The notes below the pieces were generated by a model. It had not been told where the DNA came from. It was given only the letters and a program-made list of their open reading frames with translations, and ran no database searches. 64,000 nucleotides of DNA from Marsupella aquatica (Eukaryota > Plantae > Marchantiophyta), in contig OZ316896.1 in assembly GCA_973895155.1 (NCBI GenBank), positions 4,006,738 through 4,070,737 of the forward strand. Reading direction: 5' to 3'. Made by a program: the position numbers and the translations under genes. Of the stretch, positions 24,078-34,740 are shown piece by piece (the stretch's first letter is position 1; every line of letters begins with the position of its first letter).

Positions 24078-24778
24078 TGTTAGGTATTTACTCTTGCGTC
24101 TAGGGTTACGACATGTAACCATAGTTAGGCTACCCTTAATCAGAGATGTGGTTAGGTTAACTAAGTTGCACACTATATCCTAAGCGGTGTTTGCTAGGAT
24201 AAGTGAAACTAAAACTCATTATTACAAAACCACTTGAGAGATAAGGAGAACTAAGACTCTTGGGGGGGGGGGGGGTCACTATATGGAGAGCCATACATTG
24301 CATGCAATGTTTTAGGGTTGGACCCCCTAACTTATAAGTGAAAAAAATTAATTTGCAAAACGTTTTCTTTCTTTAAATTTTGTCCATTTTTTACTAAAAA
24401 AACCCCTAAAAACTTTAAAGAAAGTATTTTTTACAATTAATTAGGCTTATGTGTTCTTTAAAGCCGTCCAGTCAATAAAACATAGTCTTTAAAGTCCTAT
24501 GTGTGCTTCCACAAAACTTTGGAAATCTTCTGCCACACACATTCAAATGGGCATACACTTTGTTGCACGTGATGTGCCACTTCCGTGGAAGTGACCCCCC
24601 CGAGCTTAGACTTTGAATACTTGGTACATGGTTGACGGGCTTAGAGTTTAGTAAAGCTCTTTTGTGTGTTCCCGTGTGGCGTAGCCTCAAGAAGGTGAAC
24701 CATGTATCTTTTGCGTTGATCACTTATACGTTGGATGTGTCATGTCCTTACTATTGTGAATGTCGTCTATGCTCAACA
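24078..24778 (+). mobile_element. Solo LTR of the same copia family as 57993-63593, interrupted by a TIR element
   Basis: Starts tgttaggtatttactctt, contains taagttgcacactatatc, ccacttgagagata and gggcttagagtt.agtaaagctct, ends gtctatgctcaaca. Flanks gtata/atata form a 5-bp TSD with one mismatch. Confidence 0.85.
24262..24601. mobile_element. Non-autonomous TIR element (poly-G/poly-C ends) nested in the solo LTR, with ~13-bp target duplication
   Basis: Ends (g)14tcact...agtga(c)7 with about 40 bp of imperfect TIR. Flanks gaactaagactct / gagcttagacttt both match the single LTR site gagcttacactgt. Confidence 0.7.
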
Positions 24779-25520
24779 ATATAGAGTATAATATTTTTTT
24801 GTAACAAAGACAAAATTCGCAACAACAAGCCCATGAACCATCCAATCCACAAGTAGTCGACACAAAAAGATCCTTGGTCAACCTCAATTGAGGCTATGTC
24901 CACGGGAACACATGAGAGCTAAAACTGCACTTTACGCTTGTCGGCCTACCAATTGTCTTTGCAATACAATATCTTCCTATCTCTCAACTGGCTCCATAAC
25001 AATGAGCCTAAATTCCTCCTATCCAAACAAACACCGCTTGTGATATAATGTGCAACTTAGTAAACAACCCTAAAAGAGCGTATGGAGCATTTTAGAGATC
25101 AATGACCTATAAACTCAAAATTTAGTCCATCATTTGGAGGGTAAGAAATTTGAAAATCTCTCATATTGAATTCATTGACCAATGCTTCTCCCCCTAGTTT
25201 CTTTGACCTGTCCAAAGTGATGTGTTGCCATACTAGGTTCAAAATCTCAATCATATCCAAGATCTTGTGAGATGTGGTGTAATCTCTAGAGTAGGTGGGA
25301 TAGAGGTTAGGATACAGATCTTTCTCTTGCCTACCATCCTACCAAATATAGCAGTTAGGGTTGTGAAAATGGAGGCTGACTGCCATTTATATAGCAATAA
25401 GGGCCGAAACAGAAAGCCATCTATCCAAAATCTACTCCTATGTGCTCTTTTCAAAAGTTAGAGGCTCATTTGACACTGCCGCTGAAGATACTCTGATATA
25501 TCCGTGTTCTAAAATAGAGC

Positions 25521-25672
25521 CCTCACCACAGTAGCTCGGGAATCGTGGTGACTGTAGCAGGTGATTTCTTGACCTCACCACAGTAGCTCGGGAACCACGG
25601 TGACTGTAGTAGGTGACTCGACCTCACCACAGTAGCTCGTGAATCGCGGCGACTGCAGTAGGTGATTTCTCG
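25521..25672. repeat. About 51-bp tandem repeat x3 upstream of the trihelix gene
   Basis: cctcaccacagtagctcg.gaa.c..gg.gactg.ag.aggtga at 25521, 25573 and 25622. Confidence 0.85.
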
Positions 25673-26250
25673 AGGGGAGAACGTACCTTTGCTGAGGGTA
25701 ACATTCTCTTTCTCATTTTCTCATGTCGAGGCTTTTAAGCTCGCCCCCTCGACTCCGTTGTTTGCCCACTTCCACCATAGCCATCGTCCTCTCCAAGCTT
25801 TTGTTGTTCCCGCTTCACCTTCTGCCCGTGCGACGAGGGCATTTCGTACCGCTCGATTGATTCGCAGGGACGACTGATTGATTGAGTAGAGGTGATGCCG
25901 AACGTCAATCTCGGAATTCCTTTGGCTGACCACTGCTGTACTGCTGCTGCTGCTGCTGCCGCTGGAGGGACGACGGCCAGGAGGGGCAATTTGGGAGGCA
26001 GGATTTGCCCGGCGGCAACGGAAGACCCTACTGCGGCCTTTTGTTGACGATCATGCACCGGAAATTTTACGGAAATTTTGCGTGAAGATTGGGAGAGAAG
26101 AATCATGAGCTGACTACTGTGTCTAGAGACAGCTCGGAGGAACTTTGGGAGGCAGGATTTGGATTTGCCATCGACATAATACCGTAGTGCAGTCTTTCCG
26201 GTGACGATCACGCACGAGAGGTGTTGGGTGGAGATTCTGAAAGAGGAATC

Positions 26251-27228
26251 ATGATGGCGATGAGCCAAGAGGTGGAGTTGGGAGGGGGGGGAGTGGGGAC
26301 ACCCGGAGTGCCTGTGGCCGCAGCGTCGAGCAGCCCCTCTCTGGTGGCTGAGGGACGAGGAGGGAGCAGTAAACAGAGAGTGAGGCCAGATGCGGCGGCG
26401 GAATGGAGTGAGAGTGCAATCACGGCCTTGCTGGATGCGTTTGGAGAGCGGTATATCGCTTCGCACAGAGGGAACTTGAGAGGGAAGGATTGGGCGGATG
26501 TAACGCGTGCGGTGAATAGCGCTCGGGAGGGAACTATGGGCGGTCTGAAGAGCGTCGAGCAATGCCGGAATAAGATTGACAACTTGAAGAAGCGATTCAA
26601 GCTTGAACGAGAGAAGGGAGTCCCGTCTGCTTGGCAATGGTTTCGGACCTTGGACGCTATCGTAGGTAGGGCTCCCAAGAGAGCTGGGATCGTCCCGGAT
26701 CATGGCGGCGCTGGCGGTGGTCATCCGTGTGATTCCCCCGACGTTAGGTTATCCCTTCCCACCGAGCCGGTGTTGCATCTGCACGCACTCTCGACCCCTT
26801 CTCCCCCTCCCCTCGGTTTAGTACCCCGACCATCAATTCACACTCAAAATGACAGCGATCCGGAGAATGTGGCCGAAACATATTCAAGCCAACGAGATAG
26901 TCACACGGACTTCCCTCCTGGTAAAAGCAATGGCAAGGATGTGACGTCGGAGATGACGAATCCCGATCCGCAAGGTGATGGAGACTTGCCTAGCGGTTCT
27001 GGTAAACCCTTGAACCGGAAGAAACGTAAGAATGTTTGTCATGCAGGGAGAGATGTGGCCGCCAGTATTGCGAGCTTTGCTGTAGTCTTTGAGAAAATAG
27101 AATATGCCAAAATGGCGTTGTTCAAAGAGATGGAGCTGCGGAGGCTTGATTTGCAGTATAAGTTGGCAAAACTTGCACACAACGGCAAGAAAGGCTCGGT
27201 TTCATCTGGTTCTGATCGCGAAAATTAG
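26251..27228 (+). CDS. Trihelix (Myb/SANT-like) transcription factor, SIP1/ASIL-like
   Basis: EWSESAITALLDAFGERY...RGNLRGKDWADV...KSVEQCRNKIDNLKKRFKLER...SAWQWFRTLDAIVG, plus C-terminal coiled coil VAASIASFAVVFEKIEYAKMALFKEMELRRLDL. First ATG at 26251. Confidence 0.92.
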   Translation: MMAMSQEVELGGGGVGTPGVPVAAASSSPSLVAEGRGGSSKQRVRPDAAAEWSESAITALLDAFGERYIASHRGNLRGKDWADVTRAVNSAREGTMGGLKSVEQCRNKIDNLKKRFKLEREKGVPSAWQWFRTLDAIVGRAPKRAGIVPDHGGAGGGHPCDSPDVRLSLPTEPVLHLHALSTPSPPPLGLVPRPSIHTQNDSDPENVAETYSSQRDSHTDFPPGKSNGKDVTSEMTNPDPQGDGDLPSGSGKPLNRKKRKNVCHAGRDVAASIASFAVVFEKIEYAKMALFKEMELRRLDLQYKLAKLAHNGKKGSVSSGSDREN

Positions 27229-27477
27229 GTCGTTGGATTTGAAACCCTGGACCGTCCTTGCGAGGTGTGCTCCGAAACGTGGAAGGAGGACCAATTGCTC
27301 TTGACGCTGTGCTGTCTCTTGCCGCACGTTTGAGTAAATTTCTAGGATGTTGTCCTTCCCTTTCGCAGCACAGAGGCAACAGAGCTCAAAACTGGGTTAA
27401 AACAAAGCTCTAAACGAACCTCAACATATTTTGCAGGTGTGCAGAAATACATATTTCGTCTCCTCCATCTTCTCTTG

Positions 27478-28350
27478 CTAGAGAATATTAGGGATTGGTG
27501 CACTTCAAGGCCGCTTTGGTGTGAAGGCATCGTGTGCCGGCTTGGTAAATGACGTTAAAACATGATGATACTGGGCGTATACTGATGACCGGATTGGGGG
27601 TCAGGACATTGAGGAAGCCCAGAATTTAGTTTCTGAGAAGTACAAGACAAAGAAGTGCAAATTGGTGCAAGATCCTGCAGTTCTTCATACTTGGTCCTCA
27701 TCAGGCTTGTTCGCTTTCTCAGTGAGGCGTTGGCGAGATAATACAGCTGACTTCAAACCCCTTATCCTACATCAAATTTTGAAACTGGGCAGGATACTGT
27801 ATCATCTTCTTGTGAACTGCGAGAATGGTGATGCAGCGAATGAAGTGAACTTTGCATCCTCCATTAAAACAGGTAAAGCAGGACTCCGCGTGGAAGCCGC
27901 CACAATTGATTAGACTCGGCAACTAGATGATAGGTATTTACTTCGGGAAGATTTTAGTATTTGTATGTGCAGGAAAGCTCTTTCATTGTATTCTTCTCAT
28001 ACGATTTTCATTTTATAGGTATTCATAGTAGGATTTTCTTTACCAAATCATCGTAAGTGTTGTCTATACCTCCCGAAGTAATTTATTGCTCTGGTTTTAC
28101 CGACAGGTGCTGCATTCAATGGTTAGAGATTCGAATGGGCGGAAGATGTCTAAATCTCTTGGAATTTGATAGACCCCTGACTTATTATTAGAGGGGCTAT
28201 GCTGAAGGCACTTCACAAAATTCAGGATGCAGAGAATCTAGATCCCAAGCAAGTTGCAAAAGCAAAGGCAGGGCGAAAGGCTGATGGCTGGCATCTTTAA
28301 GGCACTGTCGGTTGTTGGCTTTTTCTAGATATCCACGATAGGACATGAAA
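27478..28350 (+). pseudogene. Valyl-tRNA synthetase gene fragment (degenerate, with one intron remnant)
   Basis: LENIRDWCTSRPLW..GHRVPAW; VQDPAVLHTWSSSGLFAFSV..W.DNTADFK..YPTSNFETGQD; ARMVM; GT..AG intron 27873-28106; HSMVRDSNGRKMSKSLG (KMSKS at 28143-28157) ... NLDPKQVAKAKAG. Many frameshifts and stops. Confidence 0.85.
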
Positions 28351-29953
28351 TACCTATTAAGGCCCTGAGGATGTGCAGTTGCTTGGACAATTTCTTAATA
28401 TAGGTAACATCTAACTTATGTATCTGATCCCCCATCTTTTATGACATTCCAAAGAAATGGAATGTATTGTGGTCGAAGGTCCGTTTCAGTTCATTGTGCT
28501 TGCAGTGAAATGAGCGCTTTGCCAACGCATGGCAGTGAGGAGGCCTCTTCCGGAAGCAAAGGTACTCTCGTTAGAAAACCCAATGATGTAACCTTGTGCT
28601 TACCAAACTTTGGAGCCAACAGCTCACTAAACTACCCAGTTGTTCCCCATCCCCAGCTTTCATTAAGTTGTCCTGCCACTCGCTTAAGATTTGACATTGC
28701 GTACAGCGAACTAGCCTGAGAGATTGACGCCCTAGTTGTTTCCTCTACGAATGTTCGTACCTCGTGTTCATACCCGTTACAAATGTACCAAGTGAAGTTA
28801 CAGTTTCAGGACTCAGATCTATGCTAGAATTGGCCTGGCGGATCGAGTTTCAATGCACCAGCTCAAGGTTTATTCTGGTGAATTCAATGCCAACAAGTCT
28901 AGCGTTGACAGTATTTCAAATGCGGAAGCTGGCAGTCGTGCAGACTTGATGCAGGTCGAGACGAAATGTTTCTTTCGTATATGTTCTTTAATAGGGATAG
29001 TTGTTGTAAAGTATAAGGAGGACCATTTACTCTTGGTCTTTTAGTCGACACATGAAGTACTGCGTTAATTCATTGTTTGTGCAATCCTCGAACATTTTCC
29101 TCGATTTTTGTGAGCTACATATATTCGGGGAATAAGCTCTGGCGGACCGTTTAGCTCTGACAACATGCAGAATGACTACAGCTTAAACCCTAGATTTTGA
29201 TTTGGTGCCCTCCTAAACCCTATCTTGCTAGACCCCCGTTCAGCTGTCAGTGGAATCTCTCTATCCTAGATAAGGCTGTCTCTCAGACAGTAAGCTCGTT
29301 TGAGGCTTCAAAACGATCCGGGGCACCTCGGTGGCTCTGTCAACTACTTCTTTGTGATAAAGTGCTATAAGTAAGCCTGCCTTAGGTGGAGACGGAAACG
29401 AACAACCTAGCATGAAATATGTAAGGATTGCTATGTAGGTTGATCCGTTTTAGGGCTATGTGAGTTCCTCATTCTGGAGCACCAGAGAACAGCTCAAGAG
29501 GAATTGTTTACAATTTTACAAATGTGAAACCGATTACCAACTTTCTTGAAGATTCTCAAACAATTCAAAGAGGGGAGCCGTGCGACTGAAATTTTTTGAC
29601 GCTGGCTTCTTATACAGAGTATCAACATTAGCGTTTAACGGGCTAAGCTGTATCTGGCGAGTAAATTTGGTAATGCCTGCCAGTTTCTTGGTCCCATTCG
29701 TGAATCTGATTGCGTATGTTGACTGTGTGGTTGGTCGCTTCAGTATACTATTTAACGGTTTCGCACAAGTTTAAGGTGAACTTCAAAGAACACAAGTCAG
29801 GATGTTTCGGTTTCAGAGAAAACGACAGTACACCAATCAAGAAAAGGGAGTACAGGAAGCTCGTAGGTGAAACGTAAGAGGGACGCCAAAAGGTTTCCAA
29901 TGTTATGTCTAAGGACTTGTACTGTGGGATCCACACACAGGGAGCGGAAGGTA

Positions 29954-30102
29954 GGCGTTGCAGTTGTCTTCATGAATTGCATTGAGCCAAAGGAGCATAA
30001 TTGTTTACAGCACTGGAAATCAATGGTGAGGGCGTTCCAGTTGTCTTCATGAATTGCATCGAGCCAGAGGAGCACAATTGTTTACAGCATTCTGGAAACC
30101 AA
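29954..30102. repeat. About 77-bp tandem duplication
   Basis: ggcgtt.cagttgtcttcatgaattgcat.gagcca.aggagca.aattgtttacagca appears twice. Confidence 0.8.
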
Positions 30103-31195
30103 TCTTGAACGTACTTGTCGCGCCCCAAACAGAATCTCCAATGAGAAAACTGTGAATATGATCTTCCATACTCTGTACGGGATCAAACTGTGAGCTGGCT
30201 CATTGTGGAATATAGAGCTCTATGTAAACCAAAGTCTGTCTATTTTAGCCAGGACACGTTCGTGCACTCTCACTCAGTGCATTATGTGATATCATTACGC
30301 ATGGTGCTCAATAACCCCAAACGTTTCCATTCATGCTGACTTATCATGGTCAGCTCTCTCCTGTCGAATGAAAGCACTTTCAATGACATGGTGATCACAT
30401 TCCCATAGCCATCGATGCCCTTTGTAGCTCCCAAGGGTCAAACCTAGTTTGAACACTAAATGACCTTGCATTTAAGATTTATCCTCACTGAAATGTGGGC
30501 GCTCTGTGCTAGTTTTCCTTCGAATTCTCTAACTAAGTCGATGGAATGACCAACAAAGCGCTCTGGAACTTCTTGTAAGTATTTCCTTCTTTTCCGAAAC
30601 TAGGTAGGATTATAACCTTCATCTTACTTTGCCTTCCTTTGCGGAAATAGAGTTGGAGTGACTTGGATTGCTGATTCGGGGCATTCTATATATGTGGCAA
30701 TGCGAACTTTCCATCTCCAGTACCAGTGCGTTACTAATACATTTCAGTTGCTGGAATACAAAAGCGGCTCAAATGCATGGCGTCCAATTTATGGAGCACT
30801 TTTTGTTTAAAATGGGGCCCAGTTGGCAATCGAGTGAAGCTTGTGACACCAGTCACAGCCATACTCACAATCGACAAGATGGTTACTATATAATCACCTT
30901 GTGCAGAATACCTGTATCTGCCATTTGTCCATTCCTGAATGTTCCCCAGCAGACAATTGTTGACCACTCAAGTCTGGCACTTGACTGAAGGGTCCCGAGT
31001 CATGCAGCTTTGTAAAGCAACCTCTACAATAATCTGGATTCAAAAGCTGGATCAACTGAGGAATCTACCGATGGCTTCCAGACTTATTCATGGAGACAGG
31101 TGAATCAGCATAAAGATCATATAGATTGATAGTACACTGAACGCAATGCATAAACACGGCAGCAATTAGTTCAACAGTGGAAACGATAGATGGGA

Positions 31196-32591
31196 TCAAC
31201 TCGAGAGATGACTTTCATGCGCCTCATGTGCATTCAGCGCAAATCCCACGGCCTCGTAGGTGTAGACCACAACGATCTCCATGATGATGGCCATGCAGAG
31301 CCAGACCGTGACACTGCCGGACATTAGATTGAAAGCTGGGAGAGTTTCTGAGTCGAACGAGGAGAGGGAGGAGTAGATGATCCGCACGAGGAGGAATGGC
31401 AGAGAGAGGGCAACGGCAAGGAGCAGACTCTTGTCTTCTGGCTCCGCATGGGAGAGATTGCCTGACGAGAGGACTGCCGCGAGGACGATCAGAACGTAGG
31501 CGATTATGAACAGCCCGACGGCTGCCTTGCCCGGTGGGAGGACAGTGTACTTCCCAGTGTTCTGCAGCTGCTCACCCGCCTTCACGCCCCCAGCGATGCC
31601 GATGACGAGTGCCGACCCGATGAGCACCTGAGGAAAATTTTCACTCTGATGAGAGGCTATCCTTGTTATTTGGATGGCAAGATTGAGGAATGATTTGGAT
31701 AAGATCAAATTACACAAGAACTATGCATGTTGGACGGTGGGCAAGATGCAAGTTCTTTGAAGCAACTCACAACTGTCCTGACACCGTCCAACATGCATAG
31801 TTCTTGTCATCCCTCCCCATTTCTTTGTTTCTTCGAGCTTCAGAATCTAACAATTGACATCTTGCTTGGGTTCTGTGAACTATAAGCAATAACAGTAGAT
31901 CGCTAACCCCGAAGACAATTACCCCCTAGGGTATCAATTTCTCTTCCTTTACCAGATTGACTCTTCAACACTATTTCCCCTTCCGACTATTCCTTGGCTA
32001 GGATAGGATTAGCCATAAAGAGATTGTAAATTTTCGTCTCCTAAGCCAAATTCACCACTCACATTTCCTTCCTTCAACTCATTCCACTGATTCGTCTCGA
32101 CAAGGGGGACATTTAAGTGGGTGAAAAATGTGAGGATTGTGGTGTGTTGCGTGCACACCTTGATGTTTGTGTTGTTTCCCCTGAACACTTGACCTTCTGT
32201 CACGGCTGAGGACTGAACAATGTGGGAGTGTAAAATTGACCTGAATGAATTTCAGCACCACTGTAGAGGGCAATGATGGTTGCCCAAGGTTTCGGTTGAT
32301 GCCCATTATGATGCGGTTCAGGAAGGTCAGGGCTGTCATCATGAGAGGACACAGCCCAATGTTCTGAACGATTGCGGAGGCAGTTAAAATATGGATTCTA
32401 ATGTGGTCGCTCATTGTTGCTGCGAGCTCGAGGCAGGAACCGATGATTCGCACCAGGGAGAAGACGATGAGGAAGAACCATCCACTCTTGATGCCGTGGC
32501 GGATGACGAGCAGGACGGCCATGGCTAGAGCTGGCGCGTAGACGACAATCTCGCCAATGGATACACCGTTTCGATAGCTGATAGCAACCAT
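31196..32591 (-). CDS. Multi-pass (about 7 TM) membrane protein resembling the fungal DUF7702 family; 2 exons (32591-32241, 31627-31196), 260 aa
   Basis: Exon 1 MVAISYRNGVSIGEIVVY...RHGIKSGWFFLIVFSLVRIIGS...QNIGLCPL...KFIQ joins in phase 0, through a CAG|GT...CAG| intron of 613 nt, to VLIGSALVIGIAGG...LLAVALSLPFLLVRIIYS...FNLMSGSVTVWLCMAIIMEIVVV. No stops. Confidence 0.85.
31714..31807. repeat. Perfect 26-bp inverted repeat with 42-nt loop inside the intron
   Basis: acaagaactatgcatgttggacggtg (31714-31739) is the exact reverse complement of caccgtccaacatgcatagttcttgt (31782-31807). Confidence 0.9.
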
Positions 32592-34064
32592 CTTGACTTG
32601 ATCACTCTCTCGATATTTTACCGTTGCAATAATGGCCTATCTGCTTGGTCGAGACGGAATCTTGGAGAAATTGGGGTTCGAGGAGGATGTAGAGATGCTG
32701 TTTCCTGACAGTTATCGATGGCTCATTGTGACCTTCATATCGTTTAGTTCTCAAGAAGTCTTGATAACAGACAGACTTTCTGAATGAACCAAATTGTTGG
32801 TTTCTCCAGAATTCATTATTGCACCAACGTCTGTTGTCCTGTCCATGAAACAACATATTATCCCTTCCCAAAGCTCTGCACCAAATCGCTTTCTGATCTC
32901 GTTGATAGCCCTCAAGATGTGTTTGGAGCGAACAGCTTCGTCACAAATAATTGAACGAAGGCATTGCTCTCATTGTCCACTGATCCGAAATGAGACAAGG
33001 GACAGAAGTAGTGGAGAAATTGATTTTGTACAGGACATGAGTTGCTTCCAAAACGGTTAGCATCTGTACATTATGACCCTCCGGCGCTGCAAATAGTGTG
33101 ATGCAATTGTGTGGGTAGGAGGCAATGACTTCTCGAATGATTCAGCACCTACATGGTGAACGGATCACGAGGATGTACATTTCTGTTAATTTACTCGAAC
33201 GCTCTAGTTCATATATAGGTCCATCTAAATCAACCTGGTGCTGGGCTGAACTGAATTCTCGAAATTCAATCATATTTAGTATGCCAGCGTCCGTGAGAGC
33301 AGTCACCAATTGCTCTCATGAATCTCTATATTGGTTCAATGAAAGAAGCAACTAGACGATCACTCCGTTGACTGTCTTGAATTTCTTTCACCCAAGTTAA
33401 AGTGGAAGGATCATCTGAAAAGATCACTACACACAATTGAGAGTGTTTTAGCTGAGTGAAAAGAAAAAAGTGGAAGATGGATTACAAACTTCAAAACCTG
33501 AACGACTCTATCCGATTCCCGTTACATGCGTTCCCTGAGTTGTGCGGCCTGACGGGTGGAGCAGCTCTCACTGATTGCGTTCTCGCAAGGAGGCCAAATA
33601 GACACAATCGAGGCACATTCCCAGCTGCTTTTGCCTGATGGACGATGAAATGGGGCATAATCTCGAAGAAGTACAAAGGAAAGTCATTACTCTAGAGCAA
33701 GTCCAATTCGAAGTGTCAAATTTCAGCCCTTTGGAAAAAAATCCTGTTCAGCACAGAGCGGTCACAATGAAATACTCTCTTCGATAGAGCACTTCACGCC
33801 AATCTGAAACTTGCGAGTGAATCGCATTGTTCTCCAGCTTGAGAATTTCTATCTGTGTTCCTATTTCAGGTCCAAGGATTTCTATTATCCTGAGCACAGG
33901 TTTAGGAATGGGTTTAGGGTTTGAGCTCCACAAGACCTGTGATCTCCATAACTCTCATTATAAAGTGCAGAGCATTAGGAATGGGTTTGAGCTCCACAAA
34001 AGGTGGTGAGTGCTCTACCTTTTATTGGCAAGTGCTCCACCTTTTATGATGAGATAGTGTTCAC

Positions 34065-34278
34065 CACACAACAAGAACGAGAAGTAGCAAGGGAGGGAAT
34101 GGGGCTTTTATATGGGCAGGTGTGGTTTAATAATAATGACAAACAGTGAGTGAATGGGGCCTTTTATATGGGCAGGTGTGGTTTAATAATAATGACAAAC
34201 ACAACAAGAATGAGAACTAGTGAGGGAGGGAATGGGGCTTTTATATGGACAGGTGAGGTTTAATGATAGTGACCAACC
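34065..34278. repeat. Degenerate tandem repeat x3 (gaatggggc.ttttatatgg.caggtg.ggtttaat)
   Basis: Motif at about 34097, 34152 and 34230. Confidence 0.75.
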
Positions 34279-34529
34279 ATACTGATGTCCCTGTTCATAT
34301 TGTCGCCCAAAGTTTGTTTGGACAAGATATTGATTGATTCATGGAACTGGTTTGTTCATGGATTGGATGAGTGGTGGTAAACAGACTTCCTAGCTATTTT
34401 GAGGTTGGCCAAGATTCCCATGGCCAATTTCAGTTTGTCTCTACCCCTTTTTCTTCTTAGTATAGATCGCCAGTACATAGTTTGGCAAAGAATTGCCAAT
34501 GAAAGAAAGGCTCGTGGTGTTTTCTGGCA

Positions 34530-34740
34530 ATTTTCACACAATTAAAGAGTATACTAGCCCAATGCAAGTTTTCACATAATTATGAGTATATTAACCCAAT
34601 GCCTGCTGCCATGTGTCATGGTGTCCTCCCAATTATGAGTATAGTAACCCAGTGCCCACGTGTCATGGTGGTCATGTTGGTGTCCTCCCAATTATGAGTA
34701 TAGTAACCCAGTGCCCACGTGTCATGGTGGTCATGTTGTT
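34530..34740. repeat. Degenerate tandem repeat (aattatgagtata.taaccca.tgcc), ~4 copies
   Basis: Motif at about 34540, 34578, 34631 and 34690. Confidence 0.75.

Noticed and set aside
25735-26724. 329-aa minus-strand ORF
   Set aside because: Antisense shadow of the GC-rich trihelix CDS and leader; no recognisable domain.
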